From assembly GCF_004010195.1 (NCBI RefSeq), contig NC_057719.1:34153042-34217041 (forward strand): a DNA stretch of 64,000 nt. The letters are read 5' to 3'. A model generated the notes under the pieces. It saw only the letters and a program-made list of their open reading frames with translations. It was not told the DNA's origin and searched no databases. This DNA is from Chiloscyllium plagiosum. Taxonomy: Eukaryota. Below, one piece after another: positions 12,562 to 25,037 of the stretch. The first letter of the stretch is position 1; every line of letters starts with the position of its first letter. The position numbers and the translations under genes are program-made.

Positions 12562-12675
12562 TGCTTCCAGTTAAACCTGTTGGGCTATAACCTGGTGTTG
12601 TGTGATTTTTAACTTTGAACATTGGTGAAGCTGCTTTGTTGTTCAAATGTCTGTGTTTCTTTAAAATCAAAATAA

Positions 12676-14545
12676 GTGAATTGAATTGAACTTATTGTTT
12701 CGTGTACCGAGGCACAGTGAAAAGCTTTGTCTTGCGAGCAACACAGGAAGATCACAGAGTTAAGCAGCAAAGGTAAGTAAGTAATAGGTAAACAATGGCA
12801 AAAACAAAAACACAGGTACAAGCAAATGTTAAGAGTTTGAGAGTCTATTCAGTATGCTAACAACAGTAGGGTAGAAACTTTTACGAAACCGGCTGGTTTA
12901 TGTGTTCAGGCTTCTGTACCTTCTCCCCGATTATAGAGGTTGTAGAAAAATATTGCCAGGGTGGGATGGATTTTTAAGAATGCTGATGGCCTTTCCTTAA
13001 CAGCGGACCTGATAGATGGATTCTACAGATGGGACATTGGCCCTTTGTGATAGTCTGGGCTGAGTTCACCACTCTCTGTAACCATCTCCGATCTTGAATG
13101 GTACAGTTGCCATACCAGGTAGTGATACATCCAGACAGAATGCTCTCGATGGTGCACCTATAAAAGTTGGCAAGGGTATTCGCCGGGGTGCCAAATTTCT
13201 TCAGCTGCCTGAAGAAGAAGAGATCCTGTTGGGCCTTTGTAACCAGTGCGTCCAAAGCTTATTGTGGATGACCACTCCCAGGAGCTTGACACTCTTCACT
13301 CGTTCTGATTTTGAATGGTACAGTTGCCATACCAGGTAGTGATACATCCAGACAGAATGCTCTCGATGGTGCACCTATAAAAGTTGGCAAGGGTATTCGC
13401 CGGCGTGCCAAATTTCTTCAGCTGCCTGAAGAAGAGATCCTGTTGGGCCTTTGTAACCAGTGCGTCCAAAGCTTATTGTGGATGACCACTACCAGGAGCT
13501 TGACACTCTTCACTCGTTCCACCTCTGTGCTGTAAATGTATAGTGGAGCATGAATAACATCCCGCCGAAATTCAATAATGAGTTCCTTGGTTTTGCTGGC
13601 ATTGAGAGCTAGGTTGTTCTCAGTGCACCATTTTTCTAGGTCTTCCACCTCCCGTCTGTAGTCTATTTTGTCGCCATCTGAGATTTGACCGACTATGGTG
13701 GTGTCATCAGCGAACTTGTAAATGGCATTAGTCTGGTATTTGGCGATGCAGTCATGGGAATATAGTGTACAGTAGGGGGCTGCGTATACCCCTGGGGGCT
13801 CCAGTGTTGAGTGTTAGTGAGGATGAAATATTGTCCCCAATCTTCACTGATTGTGGCCTGTGGGTCAGGAAACTGAGGATGCAGTTGCATAGAGTGGGGC
13901 TTAGTCTGAGATCACTAAATTTAGTAATCAGACTCCAGGGGATAATAGTGTTGAAGGCTGAACTGTAGCCAATGAGTAGGATTCTTAGGTAGCTGTTCTT
14001 GGTGTCAAGATGTTCTAGAGAGGAGTGAAGGGCAAGTGATATGGCATCTGACGTGGATCTGTTGGTCCGATAGGCAAATTGGAGTGGGTCAAGAGTAGTG
14101 GGGAGGCTGGAGTTGATTAATGCCATGACCAGCCTTTCAAAGCACTTCATGACCACCGAAGCCAGGGCCACTGGGCGGTAGTCATTGAGAGATGCAGCAT
14201 GAGCCTTTTTCGGCACTGGGATGATGTTGGCCCTTTTGAAACAGGCAGGGTCAGTGGCCTACTGCAGGGAGAGATTGAAGATGTCCGATAAGACCTCTGT
14301 CAGTTGATCTGCTCGTGCTCTGAGTGCACGGCCTGATACTCCATCTAGTCTCATCACTTTCCTTGGATTCACACGAAGGAAAACTGATCTCACCTCTGAT
14401 GTAGTTACTATTCGGATAGGTTCATCAGGAACTGTCGGACTAGTTGTTACCTCTCCACCAAAATTATGCTCAAAGTGAGCATAGAAGGCGCTGAGATGAT
14501 CTGGAAGGGATGTGTCATCGTCTGCTGTCTTGTGCTGTCTCTTTT
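12676..14545 (-). mobile_element. Rex1/Babar-clade LINE, 5'-truncated RT
   Basis: [87 protein letters not shown]; (TTCAA)n tail. Confidence 0.9.
13094..13519 (+). repeat. Tandem duplication with 217-bp period inside Rex1
   Basis: Copies start at 13094 and 13311 and differ by about 2 substitutions and one GAA indel. Confidence 0.9.
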
Positions 14546-15789
14546 TAGTGGACAGTAGTTGCAAATATTACAGTCCTACAGTTACAAGTAGTTACAGGAT
14601 CAAGTCTTTACACAATTTGCTATGATAACTAAAGATACATCATTCTTCATAATCCAGTATGACTATAGCATACAATTGTTACTCAAAACTCTTTGAACTA
14701 ATTTCACCTTTGATCTTTACATTTCATGCCTCCTGCCACAAAATCACAACATATCAGAAAGGATGGCATAACAAAAAGAAGCATTTAGCCTAACTCAACC
14801 TCTCCTGATTATTCTGTCATCATGATTATATGGTTCACCTAAACTTTTCCAATCAATTTGCTACTTTAAACGCAGTGACCAGATCAGCATCACTCAGACC
14901 TCAAGACTGAGATGGAATGACCTTCACGCATTATTTCAACTCTTTATCCTTGCATTAGGCCTGTCACAAAGTAATGCTGCTGTCATTAAGCTGTTTTAGC
15001 TCATCGTTTGCTGATCTGTTGAGCAGCCCGAGATGTCAAGGTACACAGGTAACATGAACTCTTATTCCCACGGGCTGAAGGGACTGACTACCCCAGCCGA
15101 CCTATCGTCTCAGCCTGCTCCTGCCCCACTGAATTAATCTCCATATACCTCAATAATGTCCCATCCCCCCTCGTCCAGGAACTCCTCACATACGTTCAGG
15201 ACACCACCCACGCCCTTCACCTTCTCCAAGGCTTCCATTTCCCTAGCCCTCAACACCTCATCTTCACCATGGACATCCAGTCCCTATACACCTCCACCCG
15301 CCATGACCAGGGCCTCCAAGCCCTCCGTTTCTTCCTCTCCCAACGTCCCCACCAGTACTCTTCCATTGACACTCTTATTCGTTTGGCTGATCTGGTCCTC
15401 ACCCTCAACAATTTCTCCTTCGAATCCTCTCACTTCCTCCAGACGAAAGGCGTAGCCATGGGCACCCACATGGGCCCCAGCTATGCCTGTCACTTTGTTG
15501 CCTACGTGGAACAGTCCATCTTCCACAGTTACACCGGCACCACTCCCCACCTTTTGCTCCACTACATTGTTGACTGCATCGGTGCCACCTCATGCTCCCA
15601 CAAGAAGGTTGAACAGTTCATTTACTTCACCAACACATTCCACCCTGACCTTAAATTCATCTGGACCATCTCTGACACTTCTCTCCCCTTCCTGGACCTC
15701 TCCATCTCCATCAAGAGTGACCAACTTAACACTGACATTTTCTACAACCCACTGACTCCCACAGCTACCTGGATTTACACCTCCTCCCA

Positions 15790-15920
15790 GGTAAAAACGA
15801 GGACTGCAGATGCTGGAAACCAGAGTCTAGATTAGAGTGGTGCTGGAAAAGCACCGCAGTTCAGGCAGCATCCGAGGAGCAGTAAAATCGACGTTTCGGG
15901 CAAAAGCCCTTCATCAGGCC
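15790..15920 (-). mobile_element. Family A element inserted antisense into a PLE; intact hammerhead core 15888-15917
   Basis: 15-bp TSD TTACACCTCCTCCCA (15775-15789 / 15921-15935); reverse complement CTGATGA-A-GGGC TTTT GCCC-GAAA-CGTC-GAT. Confidence 0.9.
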
Positions 15921-16257
15921 TTACACCTCCTCCCACCCTGCCTCCTGCAAAAATGCTATCCCTTATTCCTCCACCTCCATCGCATCTGCCCCCCAGGAAG
16001 ACCAGTTCCACCACAGAACACAACAGATGGCCTCCTTCTTTAAAGACCACAATTTCCCCTTCCACATGGTGGGTGATGCCTTCCAATGTATCTCATCCAC
16101 TTCCCGCACCTCCGCCCTTGAACCCCACCCCTCCAACTGCAACAAGGACAGCACCCTCCTGGAACTCACCTTCCACCCCACTAACCTCCGTATCCACCAC
16201 ATCATCCTTTGCCATTTCTGCCACCTACAGATATATTTCCCTCCCCATCCCCATCCG

Positions 16258-16609
16258 NNNNNNNNNNNNNNNNNNNNNNNNNNNNNNNNNNNNNNNNNNN
16301 NNNNNNNNNNNNNNNNNNNNNNNNNNNNNNNNNNNNNNNNNNNNNNNNNNNNNNNNNNNNNNNNNNNNNNNNNNNNNNNNNNNNNNNNNNNNNNNNNNNN
16401 NNNNNNNNNNNNNNNNNNNNNNNNNNNNNNNNNNNNNNNNNNNNNNNNNNNNNNNNNNNNNNNNNNNNNNNNNNNNNNNNNNNNNNNNNNNNNNNNNNNN
16501 NNNNNNNNNNNNNNNNNNNNNNNNNNNNNNNNNNNNNNNNNNNNNNNNNNNNNNNNNNNNNNNNNNNNNNNNNNNNNNNNNNNNNNNNNNNNNNNNNNNN
16601 NNNNNNNNN
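16258..16609. other. Assembly gap
   Basis: N run. Confidence 1.
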
Positions 16610-16811
16610 AACTATCACCTTTAACCCCACCTCCATCCACCTATTGCACTCTCAGCTACCTTCCCCCCAGCCCCACCACCCTCCCATTTATCTCTCCACC
16701 CCCAAGGCTCCCAGCTTCATTCCTGATGAAGGGATTTTGCCTGAAATGTTGATTTTCCTGCTCCTTGGATGTTACGTGACCTGCTATGCTTTTTCAGCAC
16801 CGCACTCTTGG

Positions 16812-17212
16812 TGCTACGTTTGCTGATGACACAAGAATGGACAGGTATGTAAGTTTTGAGAGCCAAAAGGAGACTACAAAGGGATATAGATAGCTTAAGA
16901 AAATGGACAAAGATCTGGCAAATGGAATAAAATGCAAGAAATAGTCCATTTTTGCAGGAAGGAAACAAAAAGAAGCACATTGCCTAAAATGTGGATAATG
17001 CAGAGATCTGAGGGATCTGGGATGGATGTGGAAAGGATATTTCCTCTTGTGAGACAATCTAGAACCAGGTTCACCATTCTGAAAGCAATGTCTCTGAATA
17101 TTTTAAAGGCAGTGGTGGATGGAATTTTGATCAGAAAGGGGGTGAGAGCTTATCCTGGTATAGTAGATTGACGGGCCAAATGGCCTGTTCTTGCTCTGAA
17201 CTCATATGTTCA
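16812..17212 (+). mobile_element. CR1 remnant
   Basis: FADDT motif, ERIFPLVRQSRTR, CR1-type 3' UTR. Confidence 0.7.
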
Positions 17213-18039
17213 CAGGCACCATTATGCCTCTTGCAGGACTATCAGTGGCATCACTGTTTCTGTTTAATCTTTGATCCATGCCATTCCTCACCATGCAGGA
17301 AAATGCTTCCCAGCAACGAGTGGAACGCCAGCAGCACTGACTGACTGCTGGTTGTTAACACTTCAATTCCAGCCCATACTGAGGCTCCCAGCACACCATA
17401 AATATATCTTTAAACTTGCTCAGATACCCTGAGTGTCTTCAATGTAAGAGCCATGATCTAGTCCCTTGACTGTGGTACTTTGATAGTCCATAGCATTGTG
17501 AATCAATGTCTGGGTGTATAATGTAACTTGCTGTTGCAGTGAATATTTGCATCATCTTGTTCAACAGGGGCTTCACCAATGGAGGAAATTAACATTTAGA
17601 AGGATGAGCAGTAAATGCTGATCTTACCAACAAATCCCACGTGCTATGAGTGAATAAATGCATAGCTGGCAAAAAAAAAGCTGTGAGGAAAATTGTAATA
17701 TAGTCTAGGACTGTTTCATTAAACAATACAGAAGTTTACTGCAAGGTTCAGCTATTTGATTCGCTTATATGGCCTTGCATGTGTACATACACAGAGTTAG
17801 AGTCACCAAGTGAAACAGCTAAGGATTGCCATTACTCACAAGTTGCATTGATGTGATTGTATTACAATTGTTCACAACCAAAGTCAAATGGTGATCATTA
17901 AAAATTGACCCACCTGAAGCAGAACTAACAAGATTGTGTCAAACATTTTTCACCTTCACAACGTTTCTTAGTGGTCAATTGAAAATAGGAAAAACTTGGT
18001 TTCATTTGAGCCTTTCATAACTTCAGAACATTTCAGCTC

Positions 18040-18480
18040 AAATACAAGATACAGGTGTACAGTGAGAAGTGTACAAATTTGCCTTTCCTGGCACCATCTT
18101 AGGTATAAAGGTACCTCGTAACAAAATCTTGGGTACGAAAACAGAAAAATAGAAATAAGTTAAAAAGTTCAACATTATAGTCCTTCTTAAACTATGGGCC
18201 TATAGACGCTACGTGCTGGGTTTTCCCACAAGGACTCACTTTCACCCACACTGAGCTCATCAGCCTCTGCTGCCAACCACCATGTCACCACTGACTGCCA
18301 TCCATGCTCGCACTGACCACTCCAGGCCCCCTGACGCTGCCTCCATGACTGAGCTCTCTGCAAATAAAACTAAAAAAACTAAAAAAACTAAAACAAAACA
18401 GAAAATAAAACAAGCAAAGAAGGTAAAAATGAAAAACAAACGAATGGACTAGGGCTCTGTCACCATCACCATCTTAGCCT
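18040..18480 (-). mobile_element. Unclassified retroposon with LINE-like 3' tail
   Basis: Shares the (AAGATGG.GCC..CTT.TCACTGTA) tail with 30460-31260 (-) and 42110-42400 (+). Confidence 0.5.
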
Positions 18481-18519
18481 TCCAGTTACTGTAGGAAAAT
18501 CAGGAGTACATCAACCATA

Positions 18520-18792
18520 TCTACACAGCAGACTTCCGCTAACAGCAAAGTGATATGACTAGCACACAATCTGAAGTTATGCTGGTTGAGGGAGAGATAT
18601 TTGTCAGGACTCTGAAGGCTCCTACTGTCCTTTGATTCAGTACCACGGAATTATATATGTTCTCTTGAGAAGGTAGGGGAATCCTGATTGAGCATCTCAT
18701 TCAGAAGGTGGCATTTCTGACAGCACTCCCACAGCACTGCATTGGGAGTATTGCCCTAGGTAGGAGTTGAACCCACAACCTCTGACTCAGAT
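18520..18792 (-). mobile_element. Deu-domain SINE (SacSINE1/AmnSINE1-like)
   Basis: Reverse complement has GGTTGTGGGTTCAACTCC head, then CCAATGCAGTGCTGTGGGAGTGCTG..GCCACCTT..GATG core; similar to 45125-45650. Confidence 0.55.
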
Positions 18793-20072
18793 TAAGCAGA
18801 TCTAAAATAAATGGTGGTTCTGATCCTTTCATTGTGCTGTGCTGATTTGATTACATCGGCCAGGGTCAGAATTACATTTTGATTAATATATATTTGTCAA
18901 CATTTTCACGTGATGGCCAGGTAACTGTGGTTAATACTCTCTGCTTGGTGCTCCAGGTTGGACTGAGGGAACAGTGTTGAGACTTCAACTAATTCATTCC
19001 ATTCCTTAATGTGAAGTAATCTTTAACAGGAATAACTGAAAATAAAATTATCTAATTAATCCAGAATCAATTAATGCAGATGTATGAATGTATGAATCTT
19101 GGAAATCTTGCCAGGATAAAGCGCTTCAATAATATTGCAGGCAGAGACGTGCAGATAAATTTACTGCAATCTAGAGTTTTTTGAAAAGAGATTATTATGA
19201 TTCATCTGCCTTTTAAAGAACTTAATAATAAACATAGTCCCTTTTTTGTGGATGCACAGACAGTGGTAAAAAAATTGTTAAAAACTTCAACTTTGTAGTT
19301 CAATAGAGCCAGAACAGGATATCTATTTTATCTGACTACACATTGACTTGAAGTCTCCAAAGACTTCCTCACTCATAAAAAGAGATTAAGACAAAAGTAC
19401 TTTATTCACTAAGAAACAATACTGGACTGTGAGAATATTTTTCTTCAAATATTTGTTTGAATGTCCAATTTTCTTAAACTAAATTTGAAGATTATGTATA
19501 ACTAGTAGGTAGAATTGTTTTGTTGTAATTATCTTTAATTGAACAAATAGTAAACTCTCCTGATTAAAGGTGTACATACTGGATTTGACTACTTTTACAA
19601 CAGTTACTATATATATCTAAATTGATTCTCCTTAATGACTTATATGAATCACTACTCATTACTATAGTATAATCCAGAATTGATTTATATGTTGAGTATT
19701 ATTTTGCAATTTTTCAAATGGTAGCCTCATAATTAATTCCTCAGGAAATCACAAACAGATGAATTATTAAGTTAGGGTTCTTTATGCTGATATTGGTCAA
19801 TTTAGATAAGTTGGTTTTGCTATAATGTACCTGTTGATATACTCTATTCTAAGATAGTTTTGCCCTTCTGAAAATTCTTCAGAGGGAGAATGTTTTATTG
19901 TAGGACCTAGAGTGTAAATTAATTACTTGAGGTTTTAGTCTCACAATAGGTTCAATTCGATAGGCTTGCTATGTCAGGGGGAACCAATAACACATTATTG
20001 CGGGAAATCATTTCAAAATTTAATTTATGCTTTCTTTTAAGAACTATCAATATCTGATCTGTTAAATATTTT

Positions 20073-20180
20073 TAATCAACCTGCTCAGACATGTTATGAC
20101 ACAACATTGGAGCAGTTCAAGCTTGAACACAGGCCTGCTGGGCCAGAGATATGGAAACTGCCACTGTACCACAACAGCCT
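20073..20180 (-). mobile_element. Short tRNA-derived SINE
   Basis: Same family as 20708-20921 and 57745-57852; A/B-box-like head on - strand. Confidence 0.6.
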
Positions 20181-20707
20181 GTTTGATCTTTTAAGCAGGA
20201 CATGTTTTACCTCATCTGTACTTCACAAGCAATTAAAAATAATCAATTCCTGATTCCTTGTCACAGTATTGATTAGCAGTGAGTCCCCTGTGAAAATCTG
20301 GGCTTTCTGTGGGAATGCTCTTGAGTGCTAATGTCAGCAGAAACTCTATAACCCTACACAGAAGCCACAATCATTATCATAGCAGAGCTGATATTAAAAC
20401 TCTACCTTTTACTGAATTCCACAATACACAATAGCAGATTTCTTTTTCTTGACTCACAGATGATAATAATTGTCTTAGGATATTTGAATAGAGTTGAATT
20501 TTAATTTTATTAAGGGGTACAGTAATATTTATTGCATCTCGCCAATTACCCTGAAATAATAAGCTATATAATGATTGTTTAGAGTCCCTTACACCTTCCA
20601 GGAAATATATCATTGAGCCAACTAGTTTCTTTTTAACTGCAATTCTATTTATTTATATTTAGGTTTCTCTTGAGACATAATTAAAATCAATACATTGTTA
20701 TGCATTT

Positions 20708-20921
20708 TAATCAATCTGTTCCGGTGCGTTATGTCATACCTCCAGGAGAGGTGGGACTTGAACCCAGACTTTCTGGTCCAAGGAGAGGGATTTAAGAATC
20801 TGTCATATGCCTACCTCCAATCAGTAGGTTCAGGTTCAAGTTCAATTGCCCCAGAGGTGTGTCATAATGTATCTAAACAAACTGATTAAAATTACTACCA
20901 CCACTGCGCCACAAGAGCCCC
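20708..20921. mobile_element. Short tRNA-derived SINE (-) with a + strand copy nested inside
   Basis: Reverse complement GGGCTCTTGTGGCGCAGTGGT head and GGTTCAAGTCCC B-box; internal GGTTCAAGTT..CCAGAGGTGTGTCATAA in the opposite orientation. Confidence 0.6.
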
Positions 20922-21049
20922 ATTCATCTGTACTTTGTGAAAACAAATATTTTCAACAGTGGCAATTAAACTAAATATATTGGTAATGGTTCACAAGAGC
21001 AGGATGAATGTTATCTTTGGAAGGAACAAGTTTGATAATCTGCTAAATC

Positions 21050-21262
21050 ATACAGTCATAGAGTCATAGAGAATGTACAACACGGAAACAGGCCCTTCGA
21101 TCCAACTCATCCATGCCGATCAGATATCCTAAATAAATCTAGTCCCAATTGCCCACATTTATTCCTCTAACTCCTTCCTGTCCATATATCCAGCCAGATT
21201 CCTCTTTAATGTTGTTACTGTACCAGCCTCCACCATTTCTTCTGGTAGCTTGTTCCATCTGC
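21050..21262 (-). mobile_element. CR1/HER1 3' end
   Basis: (ATGACTCT)n tail and GGGCCTGTTTCCGTG on - strand. Confidence 0.75.
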
Positions 21263-21289
21263 GCTGGCTCTTCACGAGTGTCATCTCAT

Positions 21290-22150
21290 GCTATCTTCCA
21301 AAGCAGCGCTGCTGGCGTTGCTTGCTTCTTCCATGATCGTGGGTTTCCCACCTACTGGTTGACAGGGCCCTCAACCACATCCAACCCATTGCCCATGCTT
21401 CCGCCCTTCCCCTTTCCAATCACTCACAACAGCATGATCAGGTTCCCCTTCTCCTCACTTGTCATCCCACCAGCCTCCGCATTCAAAGGGTCATTCTCCA
21501 ACATTTCAGACAACTCCAGCGGAACACCACCACTGAACACATCTTCCCCTCAATCCCCCAGTCTGCATTGCGCAGGGATCATTCCCTCTGGGACACTCTA
21601 GTGAATTCCAATATCACCAACATCACCCCCTTCCCCCCAAGCACGGCACCTTCCCATGTAACTGCAGAAGGTGCAATACCTGCCCCTTCACCTCCTCCCT
21701 GCTCACTATCCAAGGGCCAAAACAGTCTTTCCAGGTGAAACACCTGTACCTCCTCCAATCTTGTGTACTGTATTCACTGCACCCAATGTGGTCTACTCTA
21801 CATTGGAGAAACCAAATGCAGACTGGGTGGCCACTTTGAGGAACACCTCCTCTCTGTGCGTAAGAAGAACTCTTACCTTCCTGAAGCGAGTTATTTGAAC
21901 ACAGTGTGCCTATGTGTTTATCTTTGGCTTGCTGTTGTGTTCCAGAGAATAACAGCACAAACTGGAAGAGCAATATCCTGTCTTCAGCCTAGGCACTTTA
22001 AAACCTTCTGAATTGTGAACCACTTCTTCCCTTTCTTTTAGCTTGTTATTATGTCCTCTGCCCCCTACCCTATTCCACTGTCTGTCCTTTCAAGTCTGGG
22101 AGGAGACCCACCATTCTAACATCTCGATCGCTTAATCTGAACTATCGACA
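21290..22150 (+). mobile_element. Penelope-like element fragment (Neptune-like): Cys linker plus GIY-YIG endonuclease
   Basis: GTFPCNCRRCNTCP linker; VYCIHCTQCGLLYIGETKCRLGGHFEEHL. Confidence 0.85.
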
Positions 22151-23262
22151 TTTTTTCTGCACCAGAACCTTATACCCACTATCTCCAAATGACAAGTGAT
22201 GGCAGAGAATGCAGCTCACCAACTTTGATAAGCAGCCCAGTACATGACTGACCAGACCTCTGACCGCAATCTTTGCAGCTCCTCAACTGATTTTACATGA
22301 TTCCCCTTACTGGTGCTATTGCTATCCACTCTCCGGATTACAGTCAGATAGGTCCCTTGACATTGACAGTTCCAAGCTAACTACTGAATGTAGCCAACTC
22401 CCTGGACTGTGTACAGACTTTGCCCCTGCCTGATGTTACCTGGACACCCTGACTGACTACTTTCTCTCTTTGACAACTAGCTTCCAGATAGTTTCGGACA
22501 TAGTCATTGGTTGAAAGAATGTACAATATGTTTGCCACACTGGCTACTGGCACATGCTGTAGGTGACATGTTTGTGTGCCATACAAGAAGACATTGCCCA
22601 CCTTCCCCTTAGGAGCCTAATGACAATGAGACAAAATAATTGCCATGCACAGGGCATGTCAGGTGAGTATACTGGTAGGATTTTAATTAATTAAAATTAA
22701 TCAACCATAAAATAATACTTGATCAATTAATTTGCTTAAGAAATACAATTTTATAATTTATTAAATAATTTTCAATTAATTTGTCAGATGTAGGAGATAA
22801 CTTTCAAATACCAAGGGACAGTAACATCAAATGATTCTGACTTTTCCAACAAGTTAAATCTGAGACATGTTGAGAGTGAGTACAGTAAACCATTTAAGTT
22901 AACTCCCTATAAAATAGTGTCATCAGCAAAGATGAAGCAGATGTCTGGTGATAACTTTTAAGTTTTCTTTATTTCTATTCAGTCAGTTAATAGTTTAATA
23001 TTAAGGCAGGATGCCACAGTGATGTGACCATGAAGTAACATCCTGTTATTCCAGGATTCATATCATGTACTGGACAAGAACATGTGCAGAAAGTATCATT
23101 TGCTGGAGCAGCTCCAACTACAGATTTTGGACATTTAGCACATTTGGCATCACTGCAGAACATCCACAGGACCAAAGATGTTATGGATTATTCATTTCTG
23201 GGCTCTAATCATAGAACTTCATGTATGGGTGATACCAGGCAGTTAAGATGGATCTGCAGGTT

Positions 23263-23605
23263 AGAGTCATAGAATCCCTACAGTGCAGAAAGAGGCCATT
23301 TGGCCCATAGAGTTTATACCAAACTTCCGAAGAGCATCCTACCCAGACCCAAGCCCTCATCAATCCCCGTAATCCCATATTTCCTATGACAAACCCACCT
23401 TGTCTGCACATCTCTGGACACTAATGGGCAATTTAACATGGTCAATCCACCAACCTGCAGATCTTTGGACTGTGGGAAAAAGCTGGAGTACCTGGCAGAA
23501 GCACACCTAGACACAGGAGAACATGCAAACTCCACAGAGTCACCCAAGGCTGGAATCTAATCTATGTCACTGGCACTGTGAACCACTTAGCCATCTTGTC
23601 ACCAC
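23263..23605 (-). mobile_element. HE1-type SINE
   Basis: Reverse-complement similarity to 1441-1740. Confidence 0.8.
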
Positions 23606-25037
23606 TTGCAAGAGTCCCGTGAATACATTTCACTTTTCAATCAGTACTCCATTCTGAAGGGAGATGTGGCCTATACAGGCTTATCACTTTGCACCTGAAT
23701 AGAGAGGGGAGCAATGTCCTTTTAGGTGGTTTGTTATGCTGTTGGAAATGCTTTACAAACGGAGAGGAATGAGAACCAGGATGTAACATTAGCAAGAGTA
23801 GCAAGGATAAACAAGGTTTTTATGATCTCAATGGAGACCATAACTTTTAAAGATAAATATGAACTCCCAGCCATTATCTGAAAACATTATGCCATAATGT
23901 TTCACATTTATAACAAAAAGCTTTACTGTATAAGAATTAAGTAAAGGAAATGCACTAACTTAGTGCTATATTTCATATATACATTCTTCAGACTAGAAAA
24001 TCTCAAATGAACTCCCCATTCTATGTTTATTTTGAATAAGTGCTCCCTTATATTTTACAGCATCTCAAGATCCTTCACTTCTCTTAGGACCAATCTAAGG
24101 TATGCCATAGCTCTCAGGAAATTACTTTGATTCTCCTCAGTGTTTCAGTATTCTACAAGTTACAGGATATATTGAGGTTCCTTCCATTCGAATCCAAACT
24201 AGTAACAAGTTAACTGTCCTCAAGTATATCAAAATTGTGGATACCAGAGTGAACTTAATTGCACTTTTGCTAAGTGACATCAAAAAATGTCTTGATTTCT
24301 GGTAACATTCTGCTATTTTCTACACCTCCTTTACAACTCCTGACACAGTCTTCATCAGCTTGTCTCAATTCTGCTCACAACTGCCTGTGTGTCTGCATAA
24401 AATCACACAGGTAAACACAAATCAAAAGGATGCCCCTTCTGTAGCAATGTGGCAGATGTAGGATGTTCTAGACAGAGACCTAAAATAATTAATTTTACCT
24501 TCGAAGCATTCCTTTGATTCTAGGTCAAATGACGTTTGAAATCCTTTATGAAGACAATTATAGACAATAATGTCCACCAGGAGTCAGAGAGGAGTCATTT
24601 ATTTTTTAATTACCATGCTGAAAAAAAGCATAGTCCACCATTTGAATTACAATTACGTTGAAAAAGAAAACTCAAAGACAAAATACAATGTGCCCTTTAA
24701 TATAGAGCATGCAGCACGAATGAAGTTCTCCTCTTACCTGCATGATAGGTCTCATCCACCCTCACCTCCAACATGTGCAAGGAGTCTACTTGAATTGTCT
24801 GCTTTGTCACTCACATTGAAATAATCCATTAAACTGCTTCTGCCTCTTCACTCCCTTCTATTAACTCACTGAACCACAATTCCTTTAATGCCCTAGTCAT
24901 AAACTCCCAGCACTCTCCAATTGCTTTCTTTTCTCCTCGTGCCTTGTCTGACCATATCTTGACCATGAGACCGACCCTCCTGCCACCTCAATCCATGAAG
25001 TATTCTATGACTGCAATAGATTTCTCAACATGTCTGA

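Larger units (their letters stand above)
12329..12615. mobile_element. Family B inverted-repeat element with a hammerhead on each strand
   Basis: Arms about 12367-12487 / 12493-12613; 13-bp TSD TGAACATTGGTGA (12316-12328 / 12616-12628). Confidence 0.9.
15085..16810 (+). mobile_element. Penelope-like element (Neptune-like), RT region to terminus, gapped
   Basis: FTMDIQSLYTS, LTLNNFSF..GVAMGTHMGPSYAC, LPFLDLSI motifs; hammerhead remnant at 16723. Confidence 0.9.

Noticed and set aside
15953..16826. ORFs of 144-241 aa
   Set aside because: They run through the N gap and are artefacts
22675..22785. Very AT-rich stretch with many TAATT/AATT motifs
   Set aside because: Low complexity with no defined structure
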